A stretch of DNA of 64,000 bases from Octopus sinensis (Eukaryota). Shown in pieces: positions 10,252 through 22,302 of this stretch; positions within the stretch are counted from its first letter, which is position 1; every line of letters starts with the position of its first letter. The notes beneath the pieces were generated by a model. That model was not told where the DNA came from. It made no database searches and was given only the letters and a program-made list of their open reading frames with translations. Position numbers and translations under genes: made by a program. The DNA lies in NCBI RefSeq assembly GCF_006345805.1, contig NC_043006.1:2232001-2296000 (forward strand), read 5' to 3'.

Positions 10252-12090
10252 ATATAAAGGATTATGGGTGAGGCCAAAACAATGCAAAGTAAATGCAAGG
10301 TAAATCACAAAGAAACAAATGTGTGAATTAATGTAGACTTACCTTGTATTCAAAAGACTAAACAGAACTACACATCTAAAAACACTACCCTTCCATCCTT
10401 CTACCTGGACCTAAGCTTAAAATCAGACCCATAGTATCAGGAATTAGCAGTTCTTTCTATAAGATTTCTTGGCTCCTCTCTAAAATCCTCAAGCCCTTAA
10501 CTACACGCATTCCCTGGAAATGTCAGCAGCTTCCATGAAATCTTCACAAGACTCAAAGATATCGACCCCCTCCATACTTAAAAATAACAAATACTCATTT
10601 AGTTTAGATATAGTTTCCCTCTTCACCTCTGTACCCACTCTCCTGGCTGTTGATATCCTCATAGACCACATCACGTCCTTATCTCCCCCACATCTCCTTG
10701 CCACCCCCTGCAGCCTCCTCCTCCTCCTCTCCATCTTTCCCTTTATCTTCTCCCACCTCCCCATCCATCAACCTCCAGCTCTTCAGCCTCACACCCTTGG
10801 ACATACGAGAGTTACAAACCATTATAGCTGGTAACACCTACTTCCAATATAACGGTGTGTTTTACAGACTTGTGGCCTACCTATGGGTTCTAGCCTTTCA
10901 GGCCTGCTGGCCATCATCTACATGGATAAGCTAGAATGCTCAGCACTCAACATCTGCCACTCATGCCTCTTCTTCTCCAGGTACGTTGATGACATCCTTA
11001 TCATCACGTCCTCCAGGGATGAGGCCTTTAACATACACCAGACCTTCCATAACACCGACATGAACATCAAATTCGAAATTGAACATCCAGACGAATCCAG
11101 AACCCTCTCTCTACTCAACTTCCAAATCAAGATCACAGAGGAAGGCTCCCTTTTTACCAAATTCTACAGAAAAGAGGCTAATAGAAAACTTTTCATCCAT
11201 CATGAATCAACCTTACCCACCAGAGCCAAAGCCGCATACGTGAGAAACGAGATTGCACGTATAAACAACATGACCGACAAAGCCATCAACACCAAACAGT
11301 TCCTCAGAGACCTAACACTGAATGGCTACCAACCATCTTTAGCTAAACAATGGCACCTAAAGAACATCAAGGTCACAAAACCCTGGAAGAACCATCATAC
11401 TCCCAAGTCTGGTACGTGCTTTCTAAAGCTACCGCACTCTGACGACAGAATTACTGCAGTGATATAACATGCCTGCAGTGAAGGACTTGACACACAGATA
11501 GTGCACACTGGTCCTTCCTGGGGAAAAGCTCTGTCCAAGAACAACACCTCTCACTACTCCAAGGAGTGCACATTGTCGAACTGCCCCATCAATGAACCTG
11601 AATTGCGCCAGAGGACCTATGTTGTATATAAGATCATCTGTGGCAAATGTGGTGCATCCTACATTGGAAGCATGACAAGAAACCTGCATGTACGCATTAA
11701 GGAACACATGTAGGCAGGCACTTCTGTGAAGAAACATCTACGGAAATGCCAAACCCGGGAATTCACAATGCACATCAAGGCAACACAGTGGAAAAAGGGT
11801 AACTTTAGAATCTGTGAGGTCATCCCCACACACCAAAAGAAACCCAAGATCAACAATAGAAGGGAGTTACAGGAAGCTAGCTGGTTGCTATAGCAACACC
11901 TTTCTGCACATGTCCACTCCACACATGCTCATACACATGCACATCGGCAATATTCATCAATTTCTTGAAAATGGGGTCATAACCCCGAAATATTAAATAC
12001 AAGTTAAGTCTACATTAATTCACATATTTGTTTTCTTGTGATTTACCTTGCATTTACTTCGCATTGTTTTGACCTTACTCACTTTATACA
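10252..12090 (+). mobile_element. Penelope-like element (PLE), 5'-truncated, with inverted pseudo-LTR
   Basis: Frameshifted RT: KIRPIVSGISS, FSLDIVSLFTSVP, MGSSLSGLLAIIYMD, RYVDDILII. GIY-YIG endonuclease VVYKIICGKCGASYIGSMTRNLHVRIKEH (about 11620-11710). About 10268-10350 is the reverse complement of about 11996-12082. Confidence 0.9.
11960..11999 (+). ncRNA. Degenerate minimal hammerhead at the PLE 3' pLTR
   Basis: TTTC-TTGAAAA-T-GGGG TCATAA CCCC-GAAA-TATT. Two core positions differ from CTGAAGA by C>T and G>A. Confidence 0.45.
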
Positions 12091-12352
12091 ATATATTCTA
12101 CACAATGCTTCCATTATAATACATACATACATATATATGTATATATATATATTTAAGTAGGTGAATGAATTATCCTATGTTTATCGTCAGCATGAAAAAT
12201 TCATTTAACCGAAACCTGGGTAGCAAATTCACATCAGAAACACAGTTGAAGCGACCTGTCAAGGGTAGAAACTCCGGGTTCATGTGCAGAAATTTGTGTG
12301 TTGTATATGAATAAATGAAAGAATGGAGTCGAACGAAGATGTTAACAAAATT

Positions 12353-12447
12353 CCTTTACTCTCGACATATGTTTCGAAGACAGCATGTTTTCATTCCAAA
12401 GGAATAAAGGGTGCATTATGCAATCTTCTCATCAGGAAAAAAAAAGG
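12353..12447 (-). ncRNA. Type I hammerhead ribozyme, family C, intact core
   Basis: Minus strand: CTGATGA(12435-29)-GAAGATTGCAT...TTATTCC TTT GGAATGAA...ATGCTGTCTTC-GAAA(12375-72)-CATAT-GTC-GAGAGTAAAGG. G10.1-C11.1 pair, palindromic stem III ACATATGT, GUC triplet; stem I carries G-U pairs. Confidence 0.8.
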
Positions 12448-13018
12448 GAGCCTCTCTCAACAACAAGACAAACAAAAATTTCGATGATTGCCTACATGGT
12501 AAACAAAGTGATAATGAGTGTTTTTTTTTAAAAAAACAGTTAGAAGAATTGCCGTCAAAGTCAGATAGTAGGAAGAGAAAGGATAAAGTAATAATAGGTA
12601 GGGAACAAGTGGAGAGGGAAGGGTACGTTGATTGAAAGAATGTTCCAAGGCTTAGGAAAGAATTTCTCTATAGAAGTGGGGTGGACGTAAAGCTAATTGT
12701 TCAAACCACAGTGACTATCGTTATCATTTACATGAGTAGAAAGTGTGTTTCTGCCAGTGTTTCCTAAGCCTTTGAACCTTCTTTCAATCAACGTACCCTT
12801 CCCTCTCCACTTGTTCCCTACCTATTATACCTTTATCCCTTCTCTTCCTACTATCCATTTTTGACGTCAATTCTTCTAACGGTTTTTTTAGAAAAACACT
12901 CATTTGTTTACCATGTAGGCAATCATCGAAATTCTTGTTTGTCTTGTTGTTGAGAGAGGCTCCCTTTCTTTCCTGATGAGAAGATTGCATAATGCACCCT
13001 TTATTCCTTTGGAATGAA
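12390..13018. repeat. Long inverted repeat (arms about 12390-12659 and 12760-13018) of the family C element
   Basis: Arms are about 90% reverse-complementary; the + arm repeats CTGATGA (12973-79) and stem II but stops before GAAA. Confidence 0.9.
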
Positions 13019-13129
13019 TTTTGAGAGGCTATTATACAAGAAGAAAGCATGGGAGGTAGAAGGATTACCCCCAGGTAGACACAACAGGTGAGTCAGACAG
13101 TGAAGTCACCTGCAGTGTGGTAGTAAAAG

Positions 13130-14480
13130 GGACACAGGATATGAAGACAGGGAATAAAATCTGAGGGGCTTAAAATGTCTGGCAGAGTGGGATATGGGCT
13201 GGTCACATCAAGAAGTACAGGGGAATGCCAAATCTAATGTCTAGTGGAGTAGCGCCGTCATTAACTGATACAAGGGCTAAAATGATGCATTAGAGAGGGA
13301 AAACTAGAGATTATAAACAGATGAACCAGGTGATGAAGGTTGTAGAAAGAGTTACAGCACAATTGACTTAGGGGAGAGTGAAACCTAGATGCTCTGCAGT
13401 TTAGTTTTGTACCAGAAAGAAGTACTACTGAGACCATCCTTTAAGTGAGACAACTATAGAAGTATATAGCTAGGTACAAGCCCCTTAACCTGGTTTTTGT
13501 TGTCCCAGAGAAGACTTTGAAAGGATTCTCCACTCTGTGACCTGGTGGTCACTGAGGAAGCTTGGAGTGGGTGAATGGCTTATGAGAACTGTGCAAGTCA
13601 TGTACAGAGGTGTGGTCAGTAAGGCAAGGGTTAGTGATAAGTATAGCAATGAATTTAGCAAGAAAGTTGGGGTACGCTATGGATCAGTCCACAGCCCTTT
13701 TCTGTTCATTCTTGTTCACTGCTAAGATTACCAAGCTCTTAAAGCTGAACTTATTGTAGAATTGGAAAAAGATATTTCAGATATGGAGACAAAATCTTGA
13801 ATTGAGGCACTTCAAAGTGAATTTAGCAAAGACTAAAATATTAGAAATTAAAACTGACTCTGCTCAATTTATAGACAAGGAGTTGGTAGGAACTCTACAC
13901 AGTGTACTTCGTTACACTGTGGACACTCTATAAATGTATTGTGATCACAAGTAGGCGAACAGAGGAGGTAAACTTCATATGTAGTAGGTGTAGAGGGTCA
14001 GTAAGTTAAAGAGCACATGTGATATACTCTATCCAATGACTCTATCCAATGACCAGATGGTTCTCTAGAAATAGTTGATAGCTTCTGTTACCAAGGAGAG
14101 CTAATTAGTTGTGGGTGTGAGTGTTCTGAGAGCCTGGTAGCCAGAATAGGAACTGGCTGAAGATATTTAGGGGAGCTTTTACCTTTACATGTAATATGGG
14201 GCTTCTCTGTCAGAGTGAAGGGCAAATTGTATGATGCTTGAATGTGAAATATAATGTTACATGGTAGTGAGATGTGGGCCCTGAATGCCGAGGGTCTGTG
14301 AAAGCTAGAAACAAATGAAGTAAGCATGCTCCACTAGATGTATAATGCTAACATGCATGAATGACAGGGTAGAAACGGACAAAGAGAAAAACTGGACGCA
14401 AGAGGAAACAAATAAAGTCTGTTAGAAAGAAGATTGCATCGACATAGGCATGTGATGCGGAGAGAGAGGAACATGTGTGC
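13130..14480 (+). mobile_element. Old, heavily decayed RTE LINE (RT and C-terminal region)
   Basis: Collinear similarity to 49700-51200, e.g. WWSLRKLGVGEWLMRTVQVMYRGVVSKARV. Confidence 0.8.
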
Positions 14481-15170
14481 TGTCAATGGTAATTGGCATA
14501 AAACTAGCAGAGTTCCAACCTGTTAGCTGACTTGAAGTGCCAGGGAGTCTGTGATGGTGGCAAGGTGTGGTACATGGATGTGTGTTGGATAGTTCTTGGG
14601 TGATACAGTTTGGTATGGGTTAGGACTGGAGGTGAGAAAGAGTTTAAGGTTGTTTGGTGCATCTGTGTGTCACTCTATGAGGACAAAAGAAGGGGAAGAA
14701 ACAAGTCACGAAAATATTTATGTATATATATATATACATTTATGGGTGTGTGTATAGATATGCTAGAAAATAGAACTCTCTCACTCTCACCCTCTCTCTG
14801 TCTCTATCTCTCTCTCTTTATATTTATATATATATACACACATACATATACATACAAATACACACACATACATATACATATATGTGCATATACATACACA
14901 CATTGTTTGCATGTGTATATGTTTGGATGTGTATTATGTATATATATATGTACCATTGTATGTGTCTGTACATCATGTATCTGTATACACACACACGCAC
15001 ACACACATGAACACACACACACACATGAACACACACACACGTGCACACACACATGAACACACATGGAATCAGCATATGTCTAAATATATTTACATGTGTG
15101 TATACATGTCAGTATGAGCAACATGTATATATTGCACATGTGTTCTGTTTCTATGGTTTTCTATTACACT

Positions 15171-15328
15171 CCTCTCTCTCTCCCTCTCTCTGTCTTTGTC
15201 TGTCTCTCTGTCTGTCTACCTCTCTCTCTCTCTCTCCCTCTCTCTGTCTTTGTCTGTCTCTCTGTCTGTCTACCTCTCTCTCTCTCTCTCCCTCTCTCTG
15301 TCTTTGTCTGTCTCTCTGTCTGTCTGTC

Positions 15329-15361
<33 letters not shown>
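15171..15361. repeat. (CT)-based higher-order repeat, about 52-55-bp unit x3
   Basis: CCCTCTCTCTGTCTTTGTCTGTCTCTCTGTCTGTCTACCT recurs three times. Confidence 0.8.
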
Positions 15362-15365
<4 letters not shown>

Positions 15366-15834
15366 TCCTCCCTATTTCTTGTCTTTCTCGAATTTCAACT
15401 TATTCCCACATGAGTCAAAGAGAGAGAGTCTCTACATGGTTACTTGACATGCTAGAAAAAGCAGCCAAACTTCTTCCAAATCATTACCTAGCATCTTAAA
15501 GAAGAAAATGGGAAGACACATTGGGTGATGTAGTCATAGGTACACTTAGTCTTTTAAAAGATGCAATGGCCACTGGTGAACTACTTTTGATTGGAGTTAT
15601 GTTTGATAAAAGTTGACCAAGTGTGAAATAACAACAACAACAGCAGCAACAACACTATCAGTGAACATCAATGAGCCAGCTCGAGATTATTTTTGTGGTT
15701 GTTTGATCTGCTAGAAACAGCAGCTAAGTCTCTAGAATCACATCATACTGTCATTAAAAAAATAACAAAATGGAAAAATATATTAGATAATGGTGTTGTT
15801 GAAAGATTCTGATGCCTGAAAAAATTTATGGATA

Positions 15835-15977
15835 GGCACAGGAGTGGCTGTGTGGTAAGAAGCTTGCTTCCAAACCTCATGGTTCCGAGTTCAGTCCCAT
15901 TATGTGGCACCTTAGGTAAGTGTCTTCTACCATAGTCTTGGGCCAACCAAAGCCATGAGAGTGGATTTGGTAGATGG

Positions 15978-16025
<48 letters not shown>

Positions 16026-16210
16026 TGAGTGTATTTGTGTGTCTGTGTTTGTTCCCCCACCATTGCTTGAAACTTAGCAGTTTGGCAAAAGAGACTGATA
16101 GAATAAGTACTAGGCTTACAAAGAATAAGTCCTGGGGTTGATTTGTTCCACTAAAGGCAGTGCTCCAGCATGGCCACAGTCAAAATAACTGAAGCAAGTA
16201 AAAGAATAAA
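15835..16210 (+). mobile_element. tRNA-derived SINE family 1 (OR1-like from memory), with an internal microsatellite
   Basis: A box TGGCTGTGTGG, B box GTTCAGTCCC, ends GAAACAAGTAAAAGA. Other copies: 24253-24641(-), 28809-29198(+), 31627-32020(+), 34783-35172(+), 37151-37590(-), 40423-40855(-), 56144-56554(-), plus many halves. Confidence 0.85.
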
Positions 16211-16372
16211 CAATGCCTGGTCACGGTTGGAAACATCTTCGATTATGGATTCACTCAAGTAGAGCAGAGCAAGCAACAACAACAACAATTACAACAACAA
16301 ATTATTAAGACTTCTTTATTTTCCTTTCTCATGGTCTAAGTTCTTCCTAAGTTTTTCTCTCACCTTCTTTTA

Positions 16373-16414
<42 letters not shown>

Positions 16415-17457
16415 CTGTTCTCTATTTCTCCCCTGCGCTGTTTTTGACTGTTTCTCTCTTTTTCTCTCTCTCTCTATCTCCTTCTCTCTTACTCTCTCCC
16501 ACTCCCTTTCTATCTTACATCTCACTATCTCTCTCCTTCTCTCATTCCATTTTTCTGTCTCTATCTCTGTCTTTCTCTCTATCTCTTTCCTTCCCTCTTA
16601 TTCTCTTCCACTCTTTTTCTCTCTCTCTCCTACTCCCACTCTCTACCTTTCCCTTTCTCTTTGTCTCTCTCCCCCCATCCTCTACTGTTTTCCCTCTGTC
16701 TAATATTTACATCACCACAAGGCATCATCTGGCAGACTCGTTACCATGTTGGGCAAAATGCTTAGCGGCATTTCGTCTGTCTTCACATTTTGAGTTCAAA
16801 TTCCATTGAGGTTGACCTTTGCCTTTCATCCTTTTGGGGTCAATAGAAATAAGTACCAGTTGACCACTGGGGTCGATGTAATCAACTTACTCCTCCCCCC
16901 AAATTGCTGGCCTTGTGCCAAAATATGAAACCAATATTATCCCCTAGAAAGGTGGCCAGCTGGTGGATTCATTACTGCACCAGGCAAAATGCTCACCTGT
17001 ATTTCATGTTTTTACATCTTGAGTTCAAATTCTGCTGAAGTCAATGTTGCTTTTATCCTTTTGAGGGAGTAAGTTGATTACATCGACCCCAGTGTGTAAC
17101 TGGTACTTATTTTATCAACCCTGAAAGGATGAAAGGCAAAGTCAACCTCAGTGGAATTTGAACTCAGAAAGACAGAGACGGATGAAATGCTGTTAACGAT
17201 TCTGCCAGGTAACCATCTTATATTTCATATTTCATTCGATATTAACCTGACAATCTCATTTCCGTACACCTTTCTACCTACCACACCTTCACATCTCTAT
17301 GGTCCATATTACCTGTCTTTCATTCACAATCTTCCCATCTTCACAAATCTCTGACTCATTCTAGCCACCTCACATCATTTCTACACCTTTAGTTCTATTC
17401 ACAGCAACTTCACATTTCTATTTCCAATCCTATCTATTTGTCAGTCACATTTCTGTG

Positions 17458-17465
17458 TATGTACG

Positions 17466-17499
<34 letters not shown>

Positions 17500-17609
17500 T
17501 GTATGTATGTATGTATGTATGTATGTATGTTTGTATGTATGTATGTATGTATGTATGTATGTATGTTTGTATGTATGTATGCATGTATGTATGTATGTAT
17601 GTATGTATC

Positions 17610-17640
<31 letters not shown>

Positions 17641-17735
17641 TGTGTGTATGTATGTATGTATGTATGTATGTATGTATGTATGTATGTATACATGTATGTA
17701 TGTATGTATGTATGTATGTATGTATGTGTGTATGT
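17458..17735. repeat. (GTAT)n tetranucleotide microsatellite
   Basis: Direct reading. Confidence 0.95.
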
Positions 17736-19020
17736 ATATTGTTCTATCTTCATATTTCTAAAGATCATTTCACCCAACTCTTCTCCTATTTCTCTCTCCT
17801 CACCTCATCTTTATGTCTTTTAACCACTTCTTATTAATAATTTCTTTATATATCATTCTCTTAAATCACCATCATCTCCTCCTCCTCCTCCTCCTCCTTC
17901 TTCTTCCTCCTCCTTCGCCGTCATTGTTATCTTCTTAATTATTGGCATCTCTTCCTCCTTTTCCTCCTCTTTCTCCTCCTCCTCCTTCATGTTTTCATCT
18001 CCTCCTCCTCCTTTTCGCCCCCTCCTCCTCCACCACCACCACCTCCTCTCTTGCTCCTTAATCTTTGCCTCTCACTCTCTCTCACTCACTCTGTCTGAAC
18101 TAATTATCCAATTTGAAGCCTTGAATGTAGGACAACAGATGTTAAATTCTTAACTGTCACAACTAGCTAAAAGTCAGGCAACGAAAGAGAAAAAACAACC
18201 ACAACAACAACAACAACAACAACAACATACCCAGAGCCAACAGCTGTTTCATTTGCCTTTGTTGACCTGCAAGTAGTATTTATCTTGGTACATGCAACAT
18301 TGTGTAATTAGCATGGCTGACCCCACCAATGTTGGGATGGGTCAATGAGAAGTTTCAGGTCAATGTATGCAAATGTCAAGTGTTACTCAACACCAGACGA
18401 GTGGTTTGTATTAAGGAAAAAGGCTTACTTGATCGGTCGATAGTTTGTGTGTGAAGAAAACGCTTATTGCAAAATAACAGCTAAAGATTTTAATGTGATG
18501 ACTATTAGAGATTATAAGAATTAATTTGAGATACAAAAGAGCAACAGATGGGATGTGTAGCACACATCTACCAATTTCTGGACATTATTAGTAGAACAAC
18601 CTGTCCTGCTAGTGCTAAGTGACTGAGGCATTATATTACAGAGATAACGTTACCAGTGGCTGATCGTGTGAGTTGGTAATTGCTTTTGCTCTCTCCATGA
18701 GTTCCAATCCTACTGAGATCAACTTAGCTTTTTATCATTTTGGAGCCAATAAATAAAGTACCAGTCTTGTACTGGGGTTGATTTTCCATTTTCTCAAACT
18801 CTTTTTTCTATTTTCTTCCCAGTCTGTATTCTTTTGCTCTTCTCAGAGAAAGAAAATTCAGATGTTGTCAGAAGTGATAGGTTCTGTTAGGTTTATAAAA
18901 CATACCCAAGATGTACCATATATCATGCTGGGTGGAGGCACATGATGTAGTGGCTAGGGTGTTGGACCTATGATCGTTAGATTGTGGTTTTCATCCCTGG
19001 ACAGGAGTGGCTGTGTGGTA

Positions 19021-20931
19021 AGTAGCTTCCTTACAGACGGACGTCTTTTTTTCGGCTGCTTGATGTCACGTCCTTCGTTGTGAAATATTGAACTTTGAGG
19101 CTCGACTACAGGTAGGTGTTTGTTGTATTTTTTTGAGGACTCAGTAGAGTTTGTTGCCCTGTATTGAATATTTTTTGGTGAGCAACAGTCTCCACTCAGC
19201 TCCAGACATTTGCCTGCCTGTGGTCGTGCGTAAAGACTCACTTTGCAGTGAGAATTGTATTTTTTTTGAGGAGGCGTAGCCCCTCTGCAAAAATTAATTC
19301 GTTTACGAAAATTGTCTTCGTGCCTGTGAATTTCCACTGGATTACCAAGGAGTACCAAGGCAGGAAGGGCTATTTTTGCAGCTGGAGTACCTGTGCCGGA
19401 CTTGTGGAATTGTGTTGTTGTTGATTGAACTGTCTTCCTTCGTTCTTTTCTCTGCTCTGTCTTTCCTTTCTTTTTTTGTGTTTATTACTGGAATTTTATT
19501 TAGAACATTTGAACTTTTGTTGAACTCTTTTTTGTTTCTTTGTGGTTTTAAATCATGGCAACAAAAAAAACCATTGTGTTGGAATGGGAAATTGTGCCCC
19601 TCCCCACAAACAGTAGATAGAGGACCGAAACGAGAGAATGGTGGTGTTGAGGACGTACTCCTAGTCACTCGACACCATCACTGTATTCTCTCAGGACGAA
19701 ATTGAAAAAGAGTTGGCAGAGTACCTGCCAACTATCAAGTATATCGCAAGGGGTGCCAAATTCGCAACAGTGTGGTTGCTGTTTGACACCCCTAAAGAGG
19801 CTAGCTTGCTTGCTAGTCAGCCCCTGGAAGGGGAAAAAATTTTGTTTCTCCCCACATATCGGGGAAGGAAATTGACAAGAGCCTGGGTGAGTGGCCTGCC
19901 ACCCAGAATAGAGCCTGAGTAGATAGAGGATACTATCCACCGGGGTCTGGGTAGCAGCGGAGCCAGGCTCTTGAATGTTAGAATGCTTCCTGTGGCTGAT
20001 TGAGTGGGATCGAAAGCAATTTTGACCCTAGTGACCCAATCAGCCAAAGATCTGGTCTTCCCAGATTTTCTAAAGATGGCCGGTTCTAGGTATCCGGTGA
20101 CTTTTGAGGGACGCCCCCCCCCCCAAGTGTCACCTATGCCTGGAATCGGGTCACATTAAGAGGAAGTGCCTCAACAACCATGCAAGGGCACTGGAAAAAT
20201 TAATAGAGGAGGATGTTTTTCCTCCAATGGAGCCTCCCGAGCATATAAAGGAGGGAGGTGTAGAAAAAATCGAGGAGGAGGTAACCCCCTCGAAAGGAAA
20301 AGAAAGAAAGAAGGTGGACAGCAATGGTTGCCCACCGATGGATCCCGGGGCGGCGGGAGGGAAGGAGGGACATACGGATAAATCGGAGGAACCTCACTTT
20401 CCGACGCGAAAAAGGGGGAAAAATGAAAAGAAAGAAAAACGGAGCATCGCCGGTGGTTGCTGGTGCACCGGCGGCATGTTTTGAAACCCCTTCGGTGGAA
20501 CGTGAGCCACCGGAGGTGGGGAAGAAGAAGGCCCCTCCCAGTGGAAATGTTGAAGAACATGTCATCTTCTATCTCAGGGGAGGGGCTGTAGATAACTATA
20601 TAGAAAGTTCCTTTGGTAGTCGGGACCTAATAGACTCTACTTGTATTCCAGGGTGGCCTCCGCAGGTGGCTGCTCGGATACTGGAAGAAAGGAACCTTTA
20701 TCACATAATGGACTCCTTCTCAAAGGAAGAGTATAGATCATGTGTGAAGGACCCCAACTCACGGCTGCTGGAATGCCTGCAGGAGGCAAAAAAGTTTATT
20801 AAAGAATCATTGATGTAATTGTTTTCGATTGTAATGGACATTTTTGCCCATAAAAGTGTAACATATTGTAAGAGGTTTAATACCTCAGTTAGGATTTTTT
20901 TAAACAAAAACAAAACAACAAAACAAAACAA
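19021..20931 (+). mobile_element. Non-LTR retroelement carrying only a gag-like ORF1, with an A-rich tail
   Basis: About 530-bp leader, disrupted ORF about 19556-20818, short 3' region, AAACAAAAACAAAAC tail at 20903-20931; no APE or RT. Confidence 0.6.
19556..20818 (+). pseudogene. ORF1/gag-like nucleic-acid-binding protein with CCHC knuckle
   Basis: ...EIEKELAEYLPTIKYIARG...TRAWVSGLPPRIEPE*...YPVTFEGRPP(fs)KCHLCLESGHIKRKC (C-x2-C-x4-H-x4-C); in-frame stops and frameshifts. Confidence 0.75.
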
Positions 20932-21067
20932 TGTTTTAGAGAAGCAAAAGTCGGCGGGCGTTTTTCGTCTTCTCCCATCCTTATCATCCTTGTATCATTA
21001 TCATTCACCTCATTAATGTCCTTGTCCAGCCCGCAAGCTACCATACTCTATGTTCTGCCTTTATGGT

Positions 21068-21451
21068 GGAGGCGCAATGGCCCAGTGGTTAGGGCAGCGG
21101 ACTCACGGTCATAGGATCGCGGTTTCGATTCCCAGACCAGGCGTTGTGAGTGTTTATTGAGCGAAAACACCTAAAAGCTCCACGAGGCTCCGGCAGGGGG
21201 TGGTGGTGATCCCTGCTGTACTCTTTCACCACAACTTTCTCTCACTCTTACTTCCTGTTTCTGTTGTACCTGTATTTCAAGGGGCCGGCCTTGTCACTCT
21301 CTGTGTCACGCTGAATATCCCCGAGAACTACGTTAAGGGTGCACGTGTCTGTGGAGTGCTCAGCCACTTACACGTTAATTTCACGAGCAGGCTGTTCCGT
21401 TGATTCGGATCAACCGGAACCCTCATCGTCGTAACCGACGGAGTGCTTCCA
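21068..21451 (+). mobile_element. tRNA-derived SINE family 3 (GGAGGCGCAATGGCCCAGTGG head), young
   Basis: A box TGGCCCAGTGG, B box GTTTCGATTCC. Near-identical copy at 39466-39848(-); head at 63918-64000(+, cut by window end); older copies about 35665-35992 and 39880-40155. Confidence 0.85.
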
Positions 21452-21945
21452 CTGCCTTTATGGCAAATTTGATAAAACAAAGTAGTTTCCTTACCTTACA
21501 AGAGTCAACACGTGTCTTTCCTCGTCGTAAGAATTTTTGATGTTGTTACTGCTTCATTGTTGTTGTTTTGTTGTTATTACTTTTTGGATTTGTTACCTTT
21601 GAAACAAGGAATTAGATTTGAACGTTTTTGAACTGTTATATTCCCCGGTCTTACCGGGAATAATTTAATCATTTAACACTTTTGCAAAAATACTGAACTT
21701 TGGCCATTGTGGTTTTTTTCTTCGTGTGTGAATAACATTTTGGAATTGTAATAGTCTTTTAGACTATTTTTGTGCCCCTCCCCCAAACGGGGATTTGAAC
21801 TGTATTACATAATTTAAAAAAAATTTACTATCCTCTTTGAGAGGAAAAAATTTTATAGGTTTCCCAGTTTGTGGGAAACCAATTTAATCAATTTTATTAC
21901 TTGTGTTATTAATTTCAACCATGTCGGTTGAAATTATACACGAAA

Positions 21946-21998
<53 letters not shown>

Positions 21999-22213
21999 AA
22001 CTTTTCCGTGAAATTTATTTGAGAGAAACTATGTTGAAGCCTATCGGAAGGACCTTTTATATTCTTGAGACCTGCATCAACAGCACCATTTGGTCCATGA
22101 GGGTGCTTAGTGGAGTTCACTAACTTGTAAACATTCTAGTTAGATCTCTGATCTGAGAATAACTTTCTCTATTGCTCCCACCATTCTCAGAGGCCCTCGA
22201 CAAGCAGAAATGT

Positions 22214-22302
<89 letters not shown>

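Noticed and set aside
15835-15920. tRNA-like heads with A and B boxes (also 21068, 31627, 62738, 63918)
   Set aside because: They continue into SINE bodies and lack a full cloverleaf, so they are SINE heads, not tRNA genes.
18847-18931. Possible exon after a strong polypyrimidine tract (RKKIQMLSEVIGSVRFIKHTQDVPYIML)
   Set aside because: No credible donor; the open frame runs into a SINE head.
19342-19705. Overlapping 108-109 aa ORFs on both strands
   Set aside because: They lie in the T-rich leader of the ORF1-only element; compositional artefacts.
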